Positions 1 through 9,659 of a stretch of 64,000 bases of DNA are shown here, piece after piece. The stretch covers positions 148-64,147 of the forward strand of contig CAISZI010000040.1 in NCBI GenBank assembly GCA_903889905.1. Reading direction: 5' to 3'. Position 1 is the first letter of the stretch. Each line of letters begins with the position of its first letter. The DNA is from Candidatus Wirthbacteria bacterium (lineage in GTDB: Bacteria > Patescibacteriota > CG2-30-54-11). A model generated the notes under the pieces. That model did no database searches. It had not been told where the DNA came from and saw nothing but the letters and a program-made list of their open reading frames with translations. The position numbers were made by a program, and so were the translations under genes.

Positions 1-1
1 C

Positions 2-1801
2 GACTGTGGCACCGAGCACGACGAACAGCAATCGGTAACCACATGCTTTAAGTGCGGCGGGCAGCTTGAGGTTTATTACGACTACGAAGCCATCACCGAC
101 AGGCTCAATGTGCAGGCACTCAAAACGGCGCCGGTGTCGGCGATGAAGTATCTGCCGTTTTACCCGATCGACAATTACAAAAACGTCTATTCGCTCCAGG
201 AAGGTGGCACACCGCTTATTCACGCCAAGAAGTTGGGCGAAAGTCTGGGCCTGAAGCAGCTGTTTATCAAAAACGAAGGGCTCAATCCAACCGGCGTTTT
301 CAAAGACCGTGGCACACTCGTGGAAATCGCCAAAGCCCGCGAACTTGGCGCCACGGCGATTTGTCTGGCCTCCACTGGGAACATGGCTGCAAGTTGCGCC
401 GCTTATGCGCAAATTGTCGGGTTGCCGTGTTATGTGTTGGTTCCCCAGGGAACGCCGGTAGGCAAACTGGCCCAGACGCTGATTTCCGGTGCACGTGTGA
501 TCCAGATTCGCGGTACGTATAGCGACTGCGCACGTCTTGCTCAGGAAATGGCCAAACGTTTTGGTTACTACCTGGCAGGAGACTATGCTTTTCGGGCCGA
601 GGGGCAGAAATCGCAGGGGTATGAAATTGTCGAACAGCTGTTTTGGAAAAGTCCTGATTATGTGGTGTGCCCGGTGGGTTGCGGTACCAATTTGCATGGC
701 ATCGGCAAGGGCCTGCGGGAATACCTCGATTTAGGTTTTAGCGATAAAATGCCTCGCCTTGTGGGAGTGCAGACACCGGGATGTAATCCAATCGTGGATG
801 CATATAAGCGTGGCACCAATCAATTCAAATCTGTAGCCAAACCCAATACTTTGGCGAGCGCGATTGCGGCTGGCACGCCGCTGGATGGCCACAAAGTCCT
901 GGATGACATCTTTGCCAGCGAGGGTTTTGCCATGGAAGTGACGGATGATCAAACCATTGCTGCACAGCTAAATATGATGCGCCTGGGCGGTGTCTTTGGC
1001 GAACCCTCCGGTGCATTGGGTGTCGCGGCCGTTGAACAGCTTGTCAGCGAAGGCAAGCTCAAGGCTGACGATACCATTGTCGTGATCGTAACCGGTAACG
1101 GGTTAAAGGATCCCAAAACGCCACTTGACGCTTTGCCCGAGCCTCCGAGCATTGAACCTGACTTTGGCGAGCTGGAGAGCTTTATCGAAAACAAACTGTA
1201 CGCCATTCATGAACAGCTCACGCCCAAAGCCAAGCAAAAAGTAGTGTTCAAGACACTGCCGGATCAGGAACAATTACATAAAGTGATTACCAAAGAACTT
1301 GGTATCGAGGTGAATGAGCATGCAGTGACTGAAATTCTGGCCGAAGTGCACAGCTTCATGGACAAAGGCAAAACGGTGAGCAAGTCTGACCTGGTGATGA
1401 TTGTAGAAGAAGTTTTGGATAAACAGGCCGTGGTGGATCCGCTGCTGACTATTGTGGATTTTGAGATTAATACATCATTGCACCATCAGGCAACAGCCAA
1501 AATCAAAGTCACTATTGGCGGTGAAGATAAGCAACTTATGCATAGCGGCGTGGGACCGGTTGATGCTGCCATTTCTGCGCTGCGTGACGGCCTTGATGGG
1601 AAGCTTATGGCCAAACTGACTGATTACACGGTAAACATCCTGACCGGTGATATTGATGCCACGGTGGAAGTCAAAATGACGTTGGTGGATGGCAAGCGCA
1701 ACAACAAAGTCGTTTCACGTGCCACTTCGCCCGATGTGATCGTGGCGTCGCTAAAGGCTTATGAAAAAGGGATTAATTTGTTGTGGGCAAAAATTAAATA
1801 A
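2..1801 (+). CDS. thrC: Threonine synthase with a C-terminal LeuA-type allosteric domain; 5' end lies outside the window
   Basis: Frame is open from base 2 (DCGTEH...CFKCGG zinc ribbon). PLP motif NPTGVFKDRG, ASTGNMA and PVGCGTN. C-terminal GVGPVDAAISAL...SPDVIVASLKAY matches the LeuA regulatory domain pattern. Confidence 0.9.
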   Translation, partial: DCGTEHDEQQSVTTCFKCGGQLEVYYDYEAITDRLNVQALKTAPVSAMKYLPFYPIDNYKNVYSLQEGGTPLIHAKKLGESLGLKQLFIKNEGLNPTGVFKDRGTLVEIAKARELGATAICLASTGNMAASCAAYAQIVGLPCYVLVPQGTPVGKLAQTLISGARVIQIRGTYSDCARLAQEMAKRFGYYLAGDYAFRAEGQKSQGYEIVEQLFWKSPDYVVCPVGCGTNLHGIGKGLREYLDLGFSDKMPRLVGVQTPGCNPIVDAYKRGTNQFKSVAKPNTLASAIAAGTPLDGHKVLDDIFASEGFAMEVTDDQTIAAQLNMMRLGGVFGEPSGALGVAAVEQLVSEGKLKADDTIVVIVTGNGLKDPKTPLDALPEPPSIEPDFGELESFIENKLYAIHEQLTPKAKQKVVFKTLPDQEQLHKVITKELGIEVNEHAVTEILAEVHSFMDKGKTVSKSDLVMIVEEVLDKQAVVDPLLTIVDFEINTSLHHQATAKIKVTIGGEDKQLMHSGVGPVDAAISALRDGLDGKLMAKLTDYTVNILTGDIDATVEVKMTLVDGKRNNKVVSRATSPDVIVASLKAYEKGINLLWAKIK

Positions 1802-1817
1802 TGCTTGGAGGGTTACA

Positions 1818-2189
1818 ATGCAAATCATTCATACGGACAAAGCACCAAAGGCTGTCGGGCCTTATTCACAAGGAATCGTCTCGGGTAGTTTTTTGTTCAC
1901 CGCTGGGCAGATTGGCATCGATCCGGTAACAAGTGAGTTACGATCAGGAATTCAGGCTCAGATCAATCAGGTTTTGAGCAATCTTGAAGCGGTGTTAACA
2001 GCAGCTGGCACCAACAAGACACGTGTGGTAAAAACAACGATTTTTTTGCAAAACATGGATGATTACGCCACCGTCAATCAGCTTTACGGCGATTTTTTCG
2101 GCAGCCACAAACCAGCCCGCTCCACGCTTGAGGTCGCCAAGTTGCCCAAGGGCGCGCTGGTGGAAATCGAGTTGGTGGCGGTGATCTAG
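1818..2189 (+). CDS. ridA: RidA/YjgF family reactive-intermediate deaminase
   Basis: APKAVGPYSQG, AGQIG, PARS and LPKGALVEIE motifs; GGAGG upstream of ATG 1818. Confidence 0.92.
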   Translation: MQIIHTDKAPKAVGPYSQGIVSGSFLFTAGQIGIDPVTSELRSGIQAQINQVLSNLEAVLTAAGTNKTRVVKTTIFLQNMDDYATVNQLYGDFFGSHKPARSTLEVAKLPKGALVEIELVAVI

Positions 2190-2205
2190 TGGGCGATTTT
2201 TTATA

Positions 2206-2307
2206 GTCATTGCGAGGACCGGAGGGACGTGGCAATCTAGTTGAGTTTCATTATTCCGACAACAGCCGCAACTAGATTGCCGCGGTCGCAGACTCCTTCG
2301 CAATGAC
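2206..2307. repeat. Palindromic GTCATTGCGA...TCGCAATGAC element (family A, RPE/REP-like)
   Basis: Terminal inverted repeat plus internal GGCAATCTAG/CTAGATTGCC stem; related copies at 10305, 20641, 30801 and 31757. Confidence 0.9.
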
Positions 2308-2321
2308 AGCTTAGTTTTTTT

Positions 2322-2422
2322 CTCTCCCCCTTGGGGGAGAGTTAGAGAGAGGGGAAAAGGGAAAGATTTATATCTTTTCCTTTTCCCCTCTCCTTGCGTC
2401 CTCCCCCCCCGGGGGGAGGAGA
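2322..2422. repeat. C/G-tract double-hairpin repeat (family B)
   Basis: CTCTCCCCCTTGGGGGAGAG and CTCCCCCCCCGGGGGGAG hairpins; inverted copy at 3449-3566 and related copy at 26041-26165. Confidence 0.85.
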
Positions 2423-2430
2423 TGAATAGA

Positions 2431-3411
2431 TTATGAACTCGCCTGCGTGTTCACTTCGTAGCTGGTGTTGGTGGATTCGAAGAAATTGACGAGTTCCGGC
2501 ACATCGGTGGCTGTGGCCATCCATTTGGCGGGGTTGGCGGTTTTGAAATAGGGTTCAAAGCCCAGTTCCTCGAGCCGGCGGTCGGCCACGTATTCGACGT
2601 ACTGGTTCACATAATCGGCATTGAGGCCAAGAATGCCACTGGGCAGTGCGTCGTTATTGTATTCACGTTCCAGCTTGACAGCATCCACAACCATTTGGTG
2701 AATGCTTTTGGCAAAGTCTTCGGTCATGATATCGGGGTTTTCTTCCAGTATCGTTAAGAGCAGATTGATACCAAACTTGAGGTGCAAACTTTCGTCGCGC
2801 AAAATCCAGTCAATCAGCGAACCAAAGTTGCGCAGTACATTACGCTGGCGAAAACTGAGGGCCAGCATAAAGCCGCTGTAGAACCAGATTCCTTCCATGA
2901 CGATATTGTAAGCGACGAGGTTCCCCACGAGTTGGCGTTTGCCTTCGAGCGTGTTAACGTCGAGGTGCTTGCTGGTCATGCGATCCATGAATTGCAGCAC
3001 AAATTGTTCCTTGGCTTTCATCGAAGGATACTTTTCCAGCCCATGGTAGGCTTTGTCCATGTCGATTTTAAACGTCTCGAGCACGTATTCAAACGTCATA
3101 GAGTGGTTGGCTTCCTCGAACATTTGACGAGCCAGGTACATCTTGGTCTCGGGTGGCGCCACGTATGGGTAAACCCCAAAGGCCAGTGCATTGTTGACCA
3201 GGAATTCAGAGGGGTTGAAGTAGCTCATGAGGAAGGTGACCGCGTGCTTTTCGTCATCGGTCATGCGTTCCCAGTCGCCGAGGTCTTCGCCTAGCTGTAC
3301 TTCGTGTGGGAACCAGCTGTTGCGGATGGCCTGTTCATACAGGTCGTAAGCCCACTGGTATTTGACGGGTTTGAGGTTACCGATAAAGGTTGGGTTGTTG
3401 GTGAGGATCAT
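2431..3411 (-). CDS. nrdB: Ribonucleotide reductase small subunit, class Ic (R2c, Mn/Fe)-type
   Basis: EEANH, MEGIWFYSGF, RDESLH and C-terminal NFFE motifs. The radical Tyr position is Phe (HSMTF) and the first metal ligand is Glu (PSEFLV). GGAGG precedes the start. Confidence 0.92.
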   Translation of the reverse strand: MILTNNPTFIGNLKPVKYQWAYDLYEQAIRNSWFPHEVQLGEDLGDWERMTDDEKHAVTFLMSYFNPSEFLVNNALAFGVYPYVAPPETKMYLARQMFEEANHSMTFEYVLETFKIDMDKAYHGLEKYPSMKAKEQFVLQFMDRMTSKHLDVNTLEGKRQLVGNLVAYNIVMEGIWFYSGFMLALSFRQRNVLRNFGSLIDWILRDESLHLKFGINLLLTILEENPDIMTEDFAKSIHQMVVDAVKLEREYNNDALPSGILGLNADYVNQYVEYVADRRLEELGFEPYFKTANPAKWMATATDVPELVNFFESTNTSYEVNTQASS

Positions 3412-3448
3412 GGTTTCGCCTCCGGCGGGGGTAAGAATGTTTTGGTCT

Positions 3449-3566
3449 TCTCCTCCCCCTGGGGGGAGGATGCAAGGAGAGGGGAAGTCGGCATTAAGTC
3501 GCTAAGATTTATGATGGGAAAAAGGGGAAACCCCTCTCTCTGTCTCTCCCCCGGTTGGGGAGAGGA
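3449..3566. repeat. C/G-tract double-hairpin repeat (family B), inverted relative to 2322-2422
   Basis: Reverse complement reproduces both arms of the 2322-2422 element. Confidence 0.85.
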
Positions 3567-3573
3567 AATAAGG

Positions 3574-6126
3574 TTACTGGCAACTTTCGCAATTCAAGCG
3601 TTCCTGCGGATCAACCGGGCAGGCGGTGCCGGGTTTGGTTTCAACAGTGCTGGAATCGGTGGTGGTGAGGTTAACGAAAGTGGTTGCGGTCGAGTCTTGG
3701 GTGATGGTTGTCGAGGCATTGATAGAGGAGTGAACGTCGCTTTGGCTTGTTGATGCGATTTTGAAACCACCAAACCCTTTACGGCCCATACTTTCGCGTT
3801 TATTGACGGTGCTGGTGCTCTGTTCGGCAGTGTGGCGTTGTTTCATGTGCAGGTAGTAGGTGCTTTTGAGGCCCTTCCGCCAGGCGTTTTGGTAGACAGC
3901 CATCATGTTACTGAGCTCGCGTGTCTCGAGGTAGATGTTACGACTAATGGCCTGGTCAACCCATTTCTGGGCTGCCGCAGCAATGTCGGTGTAGGCGTCG
4001 GCGTTGATCTCAAACGAGGTTTTGTACAGAGATTTGAGTTCGTGGGGAATGTCGGCAATGTCGGTGATGGTGCCGCGGTTCTCGACAATTTTGTCCTTGA
4101 GCTGGTCCCAGAGGTTGACCTTTTTCAGATCTTCAACCAGGTTCTGGTTGACCTCAATGAACTTGCCCGAGAGCGTATTGCGGCTGAAAATATTGGAAAA
4201 GTTAGGGTCGAGTCCAGGTGTTGTCCCGGCAATCAGGCCAATCGTGGCGTTGGGGGCGATGGCCAGCAGATCAGCATTGCGAATGCCTTGTTTGACTTTG
4301 GCGCGAAGTTTGTCCCAGTCCAGTTTGCTGCTTTTGTTGACATTGAGAGTCTGTCCGCGCTCTTCTTCAAGGATAGCCAGCGTATCGATCGGCACCATAC
4401 CTTTGGACCAACCCGATCCCTTGAAATTGGCATAACTGCCTTTGGTCTGGGCCAGATTGCAACTTTCGTCGATTGCGAGGTAGCTGATGAATTCCATGAC
4501 TTCGTCCATCAGGCGCGTGGCTTTGGGGCTGTCGTAGGGGATGCGCAGTTTTTCAATGGTTTCGGTAAAGCCCATCAAGCCCAGTCCGACCGGACGGTTT
4601 TTGCCATTGGAGTTTTTGGTCTCGGGCACGGGGTAGAGGTTGATATCAATCACGTTGTCCAGGCCAGCCACGGCTGAGCGAACAGCTTTTTCCATGCGAG
4701 TGAAATCGATCTTGTCTCCGTCCACAAAACGGCTGAGGTTGATGGAGGCCAGGTTACAGACAGCAATATTGTCACGGTCATTGGGTAGCGCGATTTCGGT
4801 ACAGAGGTTGGAGGAATGGATGACGCCTACATTTTGGGTCAGGGCGCGGACGTTCATGGCGTCTTTGAAGGTGATCCAGGGGTGCGAGGTGCTTTGCAGA
4901 CGGATGAGGATTTCCTTGAGCTGCTCGCGCGCCGAGATTTTTTTGAACATTTTGAGCTTGCCGGTGGTGGCCATTTGTACGTATTCGTTGTAACGCTTGC
5001 TGAATGACTGGCCAAACAGTTCGGGCAGGTCGCTGACTTCGGCCGGGTCAAACAAATACCACATTTCGTCATTCTCGACGCGGCGCATGAATTCGTCCGA
5101 GATCCAGGCGGCGATGTTGGAAGCGTAGGTGCGGCGGTAAGGATCGCCCGAGTTTTCGCGCAGTTCCATGAATTCGTCAAATTCGTAGTGCCAGTTTTCC
5201 ATATAGAAGCAGATGGAGCCGCGGCGTTTGCCACCCTGGGTAATGCCTTTGATGGTCACGTCCAGCACTTTCAGGAAAGGAATCACACCCGACGATTTGC
5301 CGTTAATGCTGCGGATGTAGGAGCCGATGGCGCGGATGTTGGTGACCGACACGCCAATGCCACCCGCGTATTTGGCCAGCTGCATGGTGTCGCTCACGGT
5401 TTTGCCAATGTTGTCGATGTCGTCGTACATGTTGAGGATGTAGCAGGAGCTGAGTTGTGGATGAGTGGTGCCGGAATTGAACAGGGTTGGAGTGGCGTGC
5501 AGATACTCGAGTTGGGACATATGGTGGTAAAAGCGAAGGGCCGAGGCTGTGGGATCGCTTTCATTCAGACTAAGTCCCATGGCCACGCGCATCCAGAAAG
5601 CCTGTGGGGTTTCGGTCAGTTTCTGGTTGCGGTCACGAAGCAGGTAACGGTCATGCAATGTAGAAAGGCCGAGGTACTTAAAAAGTTGATCGCGTTCCGG
5701 CACGAGCGCTGCGGCCAGTTTGGTCAAATCAAACTTTGTCGCCATGGCTTTGTCGAGCATTTCGATCTCAACGGCCAGTTTGATGTAGCGGGGAAAATAA
5801 TCCTGTTGCCACTGCGTCAAATCTGCGTCGGCTTCGTAGCCTTCCATGCATTCCTTGTAAATCGTGAGCAGCAGGAGGTTACGGGCAATGTGGTCGTAGT
5901 CCGGATCGTCTTTGATGTTCTGGCTGGCCGCAATGATCAGAGATTTGTCCAGGTCGCGTGTGGTGATGCCACTAAACAGGGTGAGCTCAAAGTCGCTGAT
6001 GATGCGCATGACTTTGTTGGGAATATCACTAAGGCCAGCAGCAGCCCGCTCGATGGCATTGTTGATCATGTCGGCGCGGTACGGCTCGGTGGCGCCACTG
6101 CGTTTCTGGACGAGGATTTGGGACAT
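3574..6126 (-). CDS. nrdA: Ribonucleoside-diphosphate reductase large subunit with N-terminal ATP cone
   Basis: VQKRSG ATP cone, ATPTLFNSG, LSSCY, SNLCTEI, VCNLAS, LKSTYY and a C-terminal cysteine-containing tail (CESCQ). Confidence 0.97.
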   Translation of the reverse strand: MSQILVQKRSGATEPYRADMINNAIERAAAGLSDIPNKVMRIISDFELTLFSGITTRDLDKSLIIAASQNIKDDPDYDHIARNLLLLTIYKECMEGYEADADLTQWQQDYFPRYIKLAVEIEMLDKAMATKFDLTKLAAALVPERDQLFKYLGLSTLHDRYLLRDRNQKLTETPQAFWMRVAMGLSLNESDPTASALRFYHHMSQLEYLHATPTLFNSGTTHPQLSSCYILNMYDDIDNIGKTVSDTMQLAKYAGGIGVSVTNIRAIGSYIRSINGKSSGVIPFLKVLDVTIKGITQGGKRRGSICFYMENWHYEFDEFMELRENSGDPYRRTYASNIAAWISDEFMRRVENDEMWYLFDPAEVSDLPELFGQSFSKRYNEYVQMATTGKLKMFKKISAREQLKEILIRLQSTSHPWITFKDAMNVRALTQNVGVIHSSNLCTEIALPNDRDNIAVCNLASINLSRFVDGDKIDFTRMEKAVRSAVAGLDNVIDINLYPVPETKNSNGKNRPVGLGLMGFTETIEKLRIPYDSPKATRLMDEVMEFISYLAIDESCNLAQTKGSYANFKGSGWSKGMVPIDTLAILEEERGQTLNVNKSSKLDWDKLRAKVKQGIRNADLLAIAPNATIGLIAGTTPGLDPNFSNIFSRNTLSGKFIEVNQNLVEDLKKVNLWDQLKDKIVENRGTITDIADIPHELKSLYKTSFEINADAYTDIAAAAQKWVDQAISRNIYLETRELSNMMAVYQNAWRKGLKSTYYLHMKQRHTAEQSTSTVNKRESMGRKGFGGFKIASTSQSDVHSSINASTTITQDSTATTFVNLTTTDSSTVETKPGTACPVDPQERLNCESCQ

Positions 6127-6188
6127 TTTTTTACTTTATCTTAATGAGTTAGTCAGATTGTATTTGTCCGAGTTGAAAAGGCCTGGTC

Positions 6189-6217
6189 AGGATAACCAAA
6201 ACCGGCACTGTCGTCAA
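6189..6217 (-). promoter_or_regulatory. Sigma70-type promoter of nrdAB
   Basis: TTGACG-17 bp-TATCCT on the minus strand. Confidence 0.6.
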
Positions 6218-6226
6218 GTGGTAAAA

Positions 6227-6274
6227 ATACTAGATATAGGGTTGATAAGTTTGAGGTGACACAAGATGTTGGTA
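6227..6274. promoter_or_regulatory. Tandem NrdR boxes
   Basis: ATACTAGATATAGGGT (6227) and ACACAAGATGTTGGTA (6259) fit acaCwAtATaTwGtg, start 32 bp apart and lie upstream of nrdA. Confidence 0.85.
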
Positions 6275-6425
6275 AATGGTTAGAAATGGTCGCGACTCCT
6301 GGAAAAAGCATGTGTGATCGCAAGTCGGCCCCAGACAGGGGCGTTTTAACGAATTCGTCGCGAGTTGTCCAGAATTTTAACAGGGATGGTATAATTAATA
6401 GATAAATTTATTACAAAAACCAAGT

Positions 6426-9377
6426 ATGCAAACCCAAAATCAGCCTCAGCTAGCCTCGCAGCCCTCTCTGGAGCCACTTCTGGATGAAGAAGACGAACTG
6501 CAGCCTCTACCTGAAGTCTCTCCCGAAGCCATGCCTGAGGCTGCACCTCAACCCGAGCCTGAATCCCCAAAAAGTGAGGCGGTCCAAGCCTTTGACCAGG
6601 ATCAGGCGGCATTGGTGATGGAATTGATGAAAACAGGCCCCAAAGTTCTCGGTGCCTTCAAAATCGGCAACATGACCTACAAAATTGAAACGTACTATGA
6701 GGCATCCAAGGGAATCTGTTATCGCGTGGGAGCATTAGAGAAAAGCCAAGCAGCTGATGTGGCCGCCTTTATGTCAGAACGTGATTATGCTCACCTGGAT
6801 AAAGTCACGACGATTGAATTGATGCAATTTCCAATGCTGACCCAATTGATCGATCGCAGTGGTGGCGACAACAAAATTAATTTTTTTGTTCTTGATAAAC
6901 AGAAGTTCGCCGAACAGGAAGTGTTGCGTGGTATGGCGAATGCCAACACGGTCAGTATTCCACTCGAAGGGCAAGATAGTGGTGCGGAGATTTCCTACAT
7001 GGTAATGCGCGACGTTGCCAATGTCCGCCGTGCCTGGCTCGTGTTGTTTCCATTCAAAATTTCGAGCGGCGAAACGATAGTTGATAACAAGCAGCAATAT
7101 ACCGAAACAGTTGACAATGGAGACCGTGATTTGCATCGGTTTGTGGCGCAACAGCTTACTGAGCTAGTGCAAAAAGAACACGATAATCCCAAACAGGGTA
7201 AGAAATATACCAAGGCCATGCAAGCGTATTTGAGTAAGAGAAAAAACAGGCAACAATTTTTGCGTGAAGTGGCGCTGGAGTTACGTGGTCATGGCCATGG
7301 CGCGAGTAAAAAGGAAGAGTTGGATGTTCATCGTGAATACTTAAATCACGCATCCATGGATGAGCTCAAAGATATCTGCGGACTGATGTACACTGCCGCG
7401 ATACAGGACAAATCCATCAAGGCTTATGAAGACCGCGTCCGTACCCTGCAACAGCCAGAAATCCCTGTATCCGCGCCAGAAATGGCTGCGACAGGTTCAG
7501 GTGGTCTGGTGGATGCACTCAGATTGAAATTAATGAAACAAAGACTAGCCAAACCTTCGCCTGCGATTGACTCGACAGAGATAACACCTTTGCAACAGCA
7601 GCGTGCCGTTCAGAAGGAATCGTTAGCAAATTACGACAACTCCAGGGTGGTGGATGCAATGTCCGCTCAGCTTAGGTCAAAACCTGATCCAAAGCTAAAC
7701 GTTGTTCCGGATCTATTGGAAGCGTCAGCAGTGTTGTCGACTGAAGCAAGTGTTCAACCCATTACCGAGAGTAAGCAAGTTGGTGAAATGCAAGTCGATG
7801 CAGCGCCAGAAAAAGAACCGAAAACCATGACAGGGGCAGACACGGTCCAGGAACAAAGGTCATCAGCCGAACTGGAACACGATTTGGCGAAATTACTGAC
7901 TTCGGACAAAATTGAAAACATTGAATGGATCACTGATGTTATGACGAAACTGCTCAAATACCCCAACAAAGGCGTCGATCGTTCTCAACCACCCGATAGT
8001 CCGGAACAGTTGGCGGCCAAATTGCACTGTATCCAGCAGCATAACGCACAGGGCGAAGTTTCGTTGGCGCAGCTGGCGATAGACGCCGAGGAGTTTATCA
8101 AAAATAAAGTGGAGGGCCATGCATCTATGCCTTTTGCTTTGAAGTGGTATATCGATGAACGATATATGAAATTGTATGTCCTCGATTATCAACTGATGCG
8201 TGAGCGGGAGATTGCCAGTGAACCGCAATTTGAACAAGTTGACGATAAATTGTTACCGATCGACTACAAAAAAGATAGAAGTAAAACCCACAAAGAGCTA
8301 TTAAATTGGTGGGATGCAGATTGGATTAAAGAAATGGATGGTGCAGCTGTGTGGGCTAATTCATTATCTCAAAGAGTATCCTCAACGAGTCACAGTGAGG
8401 GTGAAACAAATTGGTTTATACAAAATGGCAGCAAAAGTGTATTTGAAGCAGATACACATAATAATTTGTTTATCTTAGATATGCAGAGTGAAGAATTTCT
8501 CAAAAATCTTCAGGATCATCAAGATTATCAACATGAGCAATCATTGGGTAAACAAATGACGGTCGAAGCTGTGCTCTGCGATTCTTGTAATGGCGCAATC
8601 CGTTTGAACTCCCGGTATTGTATGCTGGAAAAACCAAATGAGAATCAAGTGTTTCACTATTTTTTTATCATCAAAAAAGAGGATGGAAGCAACTGCGCGG
8701 CCAATGTCAGCTTGACGCTTGAGCACGGGAAGGTGGTATATAACAAAGTAAATAGTATGGGTGAGGGCTATATTGATCCTAGTAGAGTTGCAAATCCAGA
8801 ATTGTTTTTTACATCAGATGCTGCTTTGAGAGATTTAGATAGAGAGGATCTCAAAACACAAAAAGACGTTTTATTAACAAAACAAGAAATACAATTAATC
8901 GACAATGACAATAATTTAGACGCCACCCAACGTGAAGAACTAAGGCACAATTATTTGACTCGTGATACATCCAATCAGGTCTGCATCAAGGTGCAGGATT
9001 TGCTGTCGGAACATGGAGTGTCTGTCACCCGGCATAAATCAAAGAAAAAAGCTCAAACGCAGATGGCATTCAGTCATGCGGTGGGAAATCTAGGGGCAAG
9101 CTACCAGTTGGTGCCTGTGCGTGAGGACGAATCCATTGCAATTTTGGATCTCAAAGATGGCGAAACCAAGCCTTTTTATTTTGTCAAAGAATCCACCGGT
9201 GCGTCCAAGGACTTTGAAATCTTTACTGTCTGGCTCAACCGTGACGGCCCGATAGTCAGAGTGTGTGAAGGTCTGCAAGACCTGGATAACATGATGTTTG
9301 TCTTTGGCAAAAATAATGGCAAGATCTATACAAAAAATAGATTAAACAAAACTTTTTGGGACAGATTTAGCCGTTGA
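6426..9377 (+). CDS. Large hypothetical protein (983 aa) with acidic/Pro-rich N-terminus
   Basis: Long ORF, AT-richer than its neighbours, extended -10 TGGTATAAT at 6387-6395; no motif recognised. Confidence 0.8.
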   Translation: MQTQNQPQLASQPSLEPLLDEEDELQPLPEVSPEAMPEAAPQPEPESPKSEAVQAFDQDQAALVMELMKTGPKVLGAFKIGNMTYKIETYYEASKGICYRVGALEKSQAADVAAFMSERDYAHLDKVTTIELMQFPMLTQLIDRSGGDNKINFFVLDKQKFAEQEVLRGMANANTVSIPLEGQDSGAEISYMVMRDVANVRRAWLVLFPFKISSGETIVDNKQQYTETVDNGDRDLHRFVAQQLTELVQKEHDNPKQGKKYTKAMQAYLSKRKNRQQFLREVALELRGHGHGASKKEELDVHREYLNHASMDELKDICGLMYTAAIQDKSIKAYEDRVRTLQQPEIPVSAPEMAATGSGGLVDALRLKLMKQRLAKPSPAIDSTEITPLQQQRAVQKESLANYDNSRVVDAMSAQLRSKPDPKLNVVPDLLEASAVLSTEASVQPITESKQVGEMQVDAAPEKEPKTMTGADTVQEQRSSAELEHDLAKLLTSDKIENIEWITDVMTKLLKYPNKGVDRSQPPDSPEQLAAKLHCIQQHNAQGEVSLAQLAIDAEEFIKNKVEGHASMPFALKWYIDERYMKLYVLDYQLMREREIASEPQFEQVDDKLLPIDYKKDRSKTHKELLNWWDADWIKEMDGAAVWANSLSQRVSSTSHSEGETNWFIQNGSKSVFEADTHNNLFILDMQSEEFLKNLQDHQDYQHEQSLGKQMTVEAVLCDSCNGAIRLNSRYCMLEKPNENQVFHYFFIIKKEDGSNCAANVSLTLEHGKVVYNKVNSMGEGYIDPSRVANPELFFTSDAALRDLDREDLKTQKDVLLTKQEIQLIDNDNNLDATQREELRHNYLTRDTSNQVCIKVQDLLSEHGVSVTRHKSKKKAQTQMAFSHAVGNLGASYQLVPVREDESIAILDLKDGETKPFYFVKESTGASKDFEIFTVWLNRDGPIVRVCEGLQDLDNMMFVFGKNNGKIYTKNRLNKTFWDRFSR

Positions 9378-9414
9378 TTAAACAGATTAAAATTGACACT
9401 TTGACTAATTTTGC

Positions 9415-9549
9415 TTGACAGTCGATCTCCCCATACGCTATATTCCCCAAGGGTCAAATTTAGGGAGCATCGATTTGTACCAAACTTGCCAGGCAACTTC
9501 ATGAAAGTCATAGCCTTTCTACCCGAAACGGTAGAAGGGCTATTTTTTT
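9415..9549 (+). promoter_or_regulatory. carA promoter and leader with intrinsic terminator (attenuator)
   Basis: TTGACA-18 bp-TATATT, then hairpin TAGCCTTTCTACC-CGAAAC-GGTAGAAGGGCTA and T7, ending about 110 bp before the carA ATG. Confidence 0.7.
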
Positions 9550-9659
9550 ATGAAAAGACCGGGGGAATTGTTGTTAAGTGTTGTCAACCAGGCAAGCAGT
9601 GTTGTTGGTAGTAAGGATCCCTCGACAAAGCCTCGGGATGACAGCCATAAGGAGCCAAC

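Noticed and set aside
9450-9500. T-box or PyrR-binding leader
   Set aside because: AATTTAGGGAGCATCG only loosely resembles a T-box (no GGTGGNACC), the leader is too short, and the PyrR loop consensus is absent.
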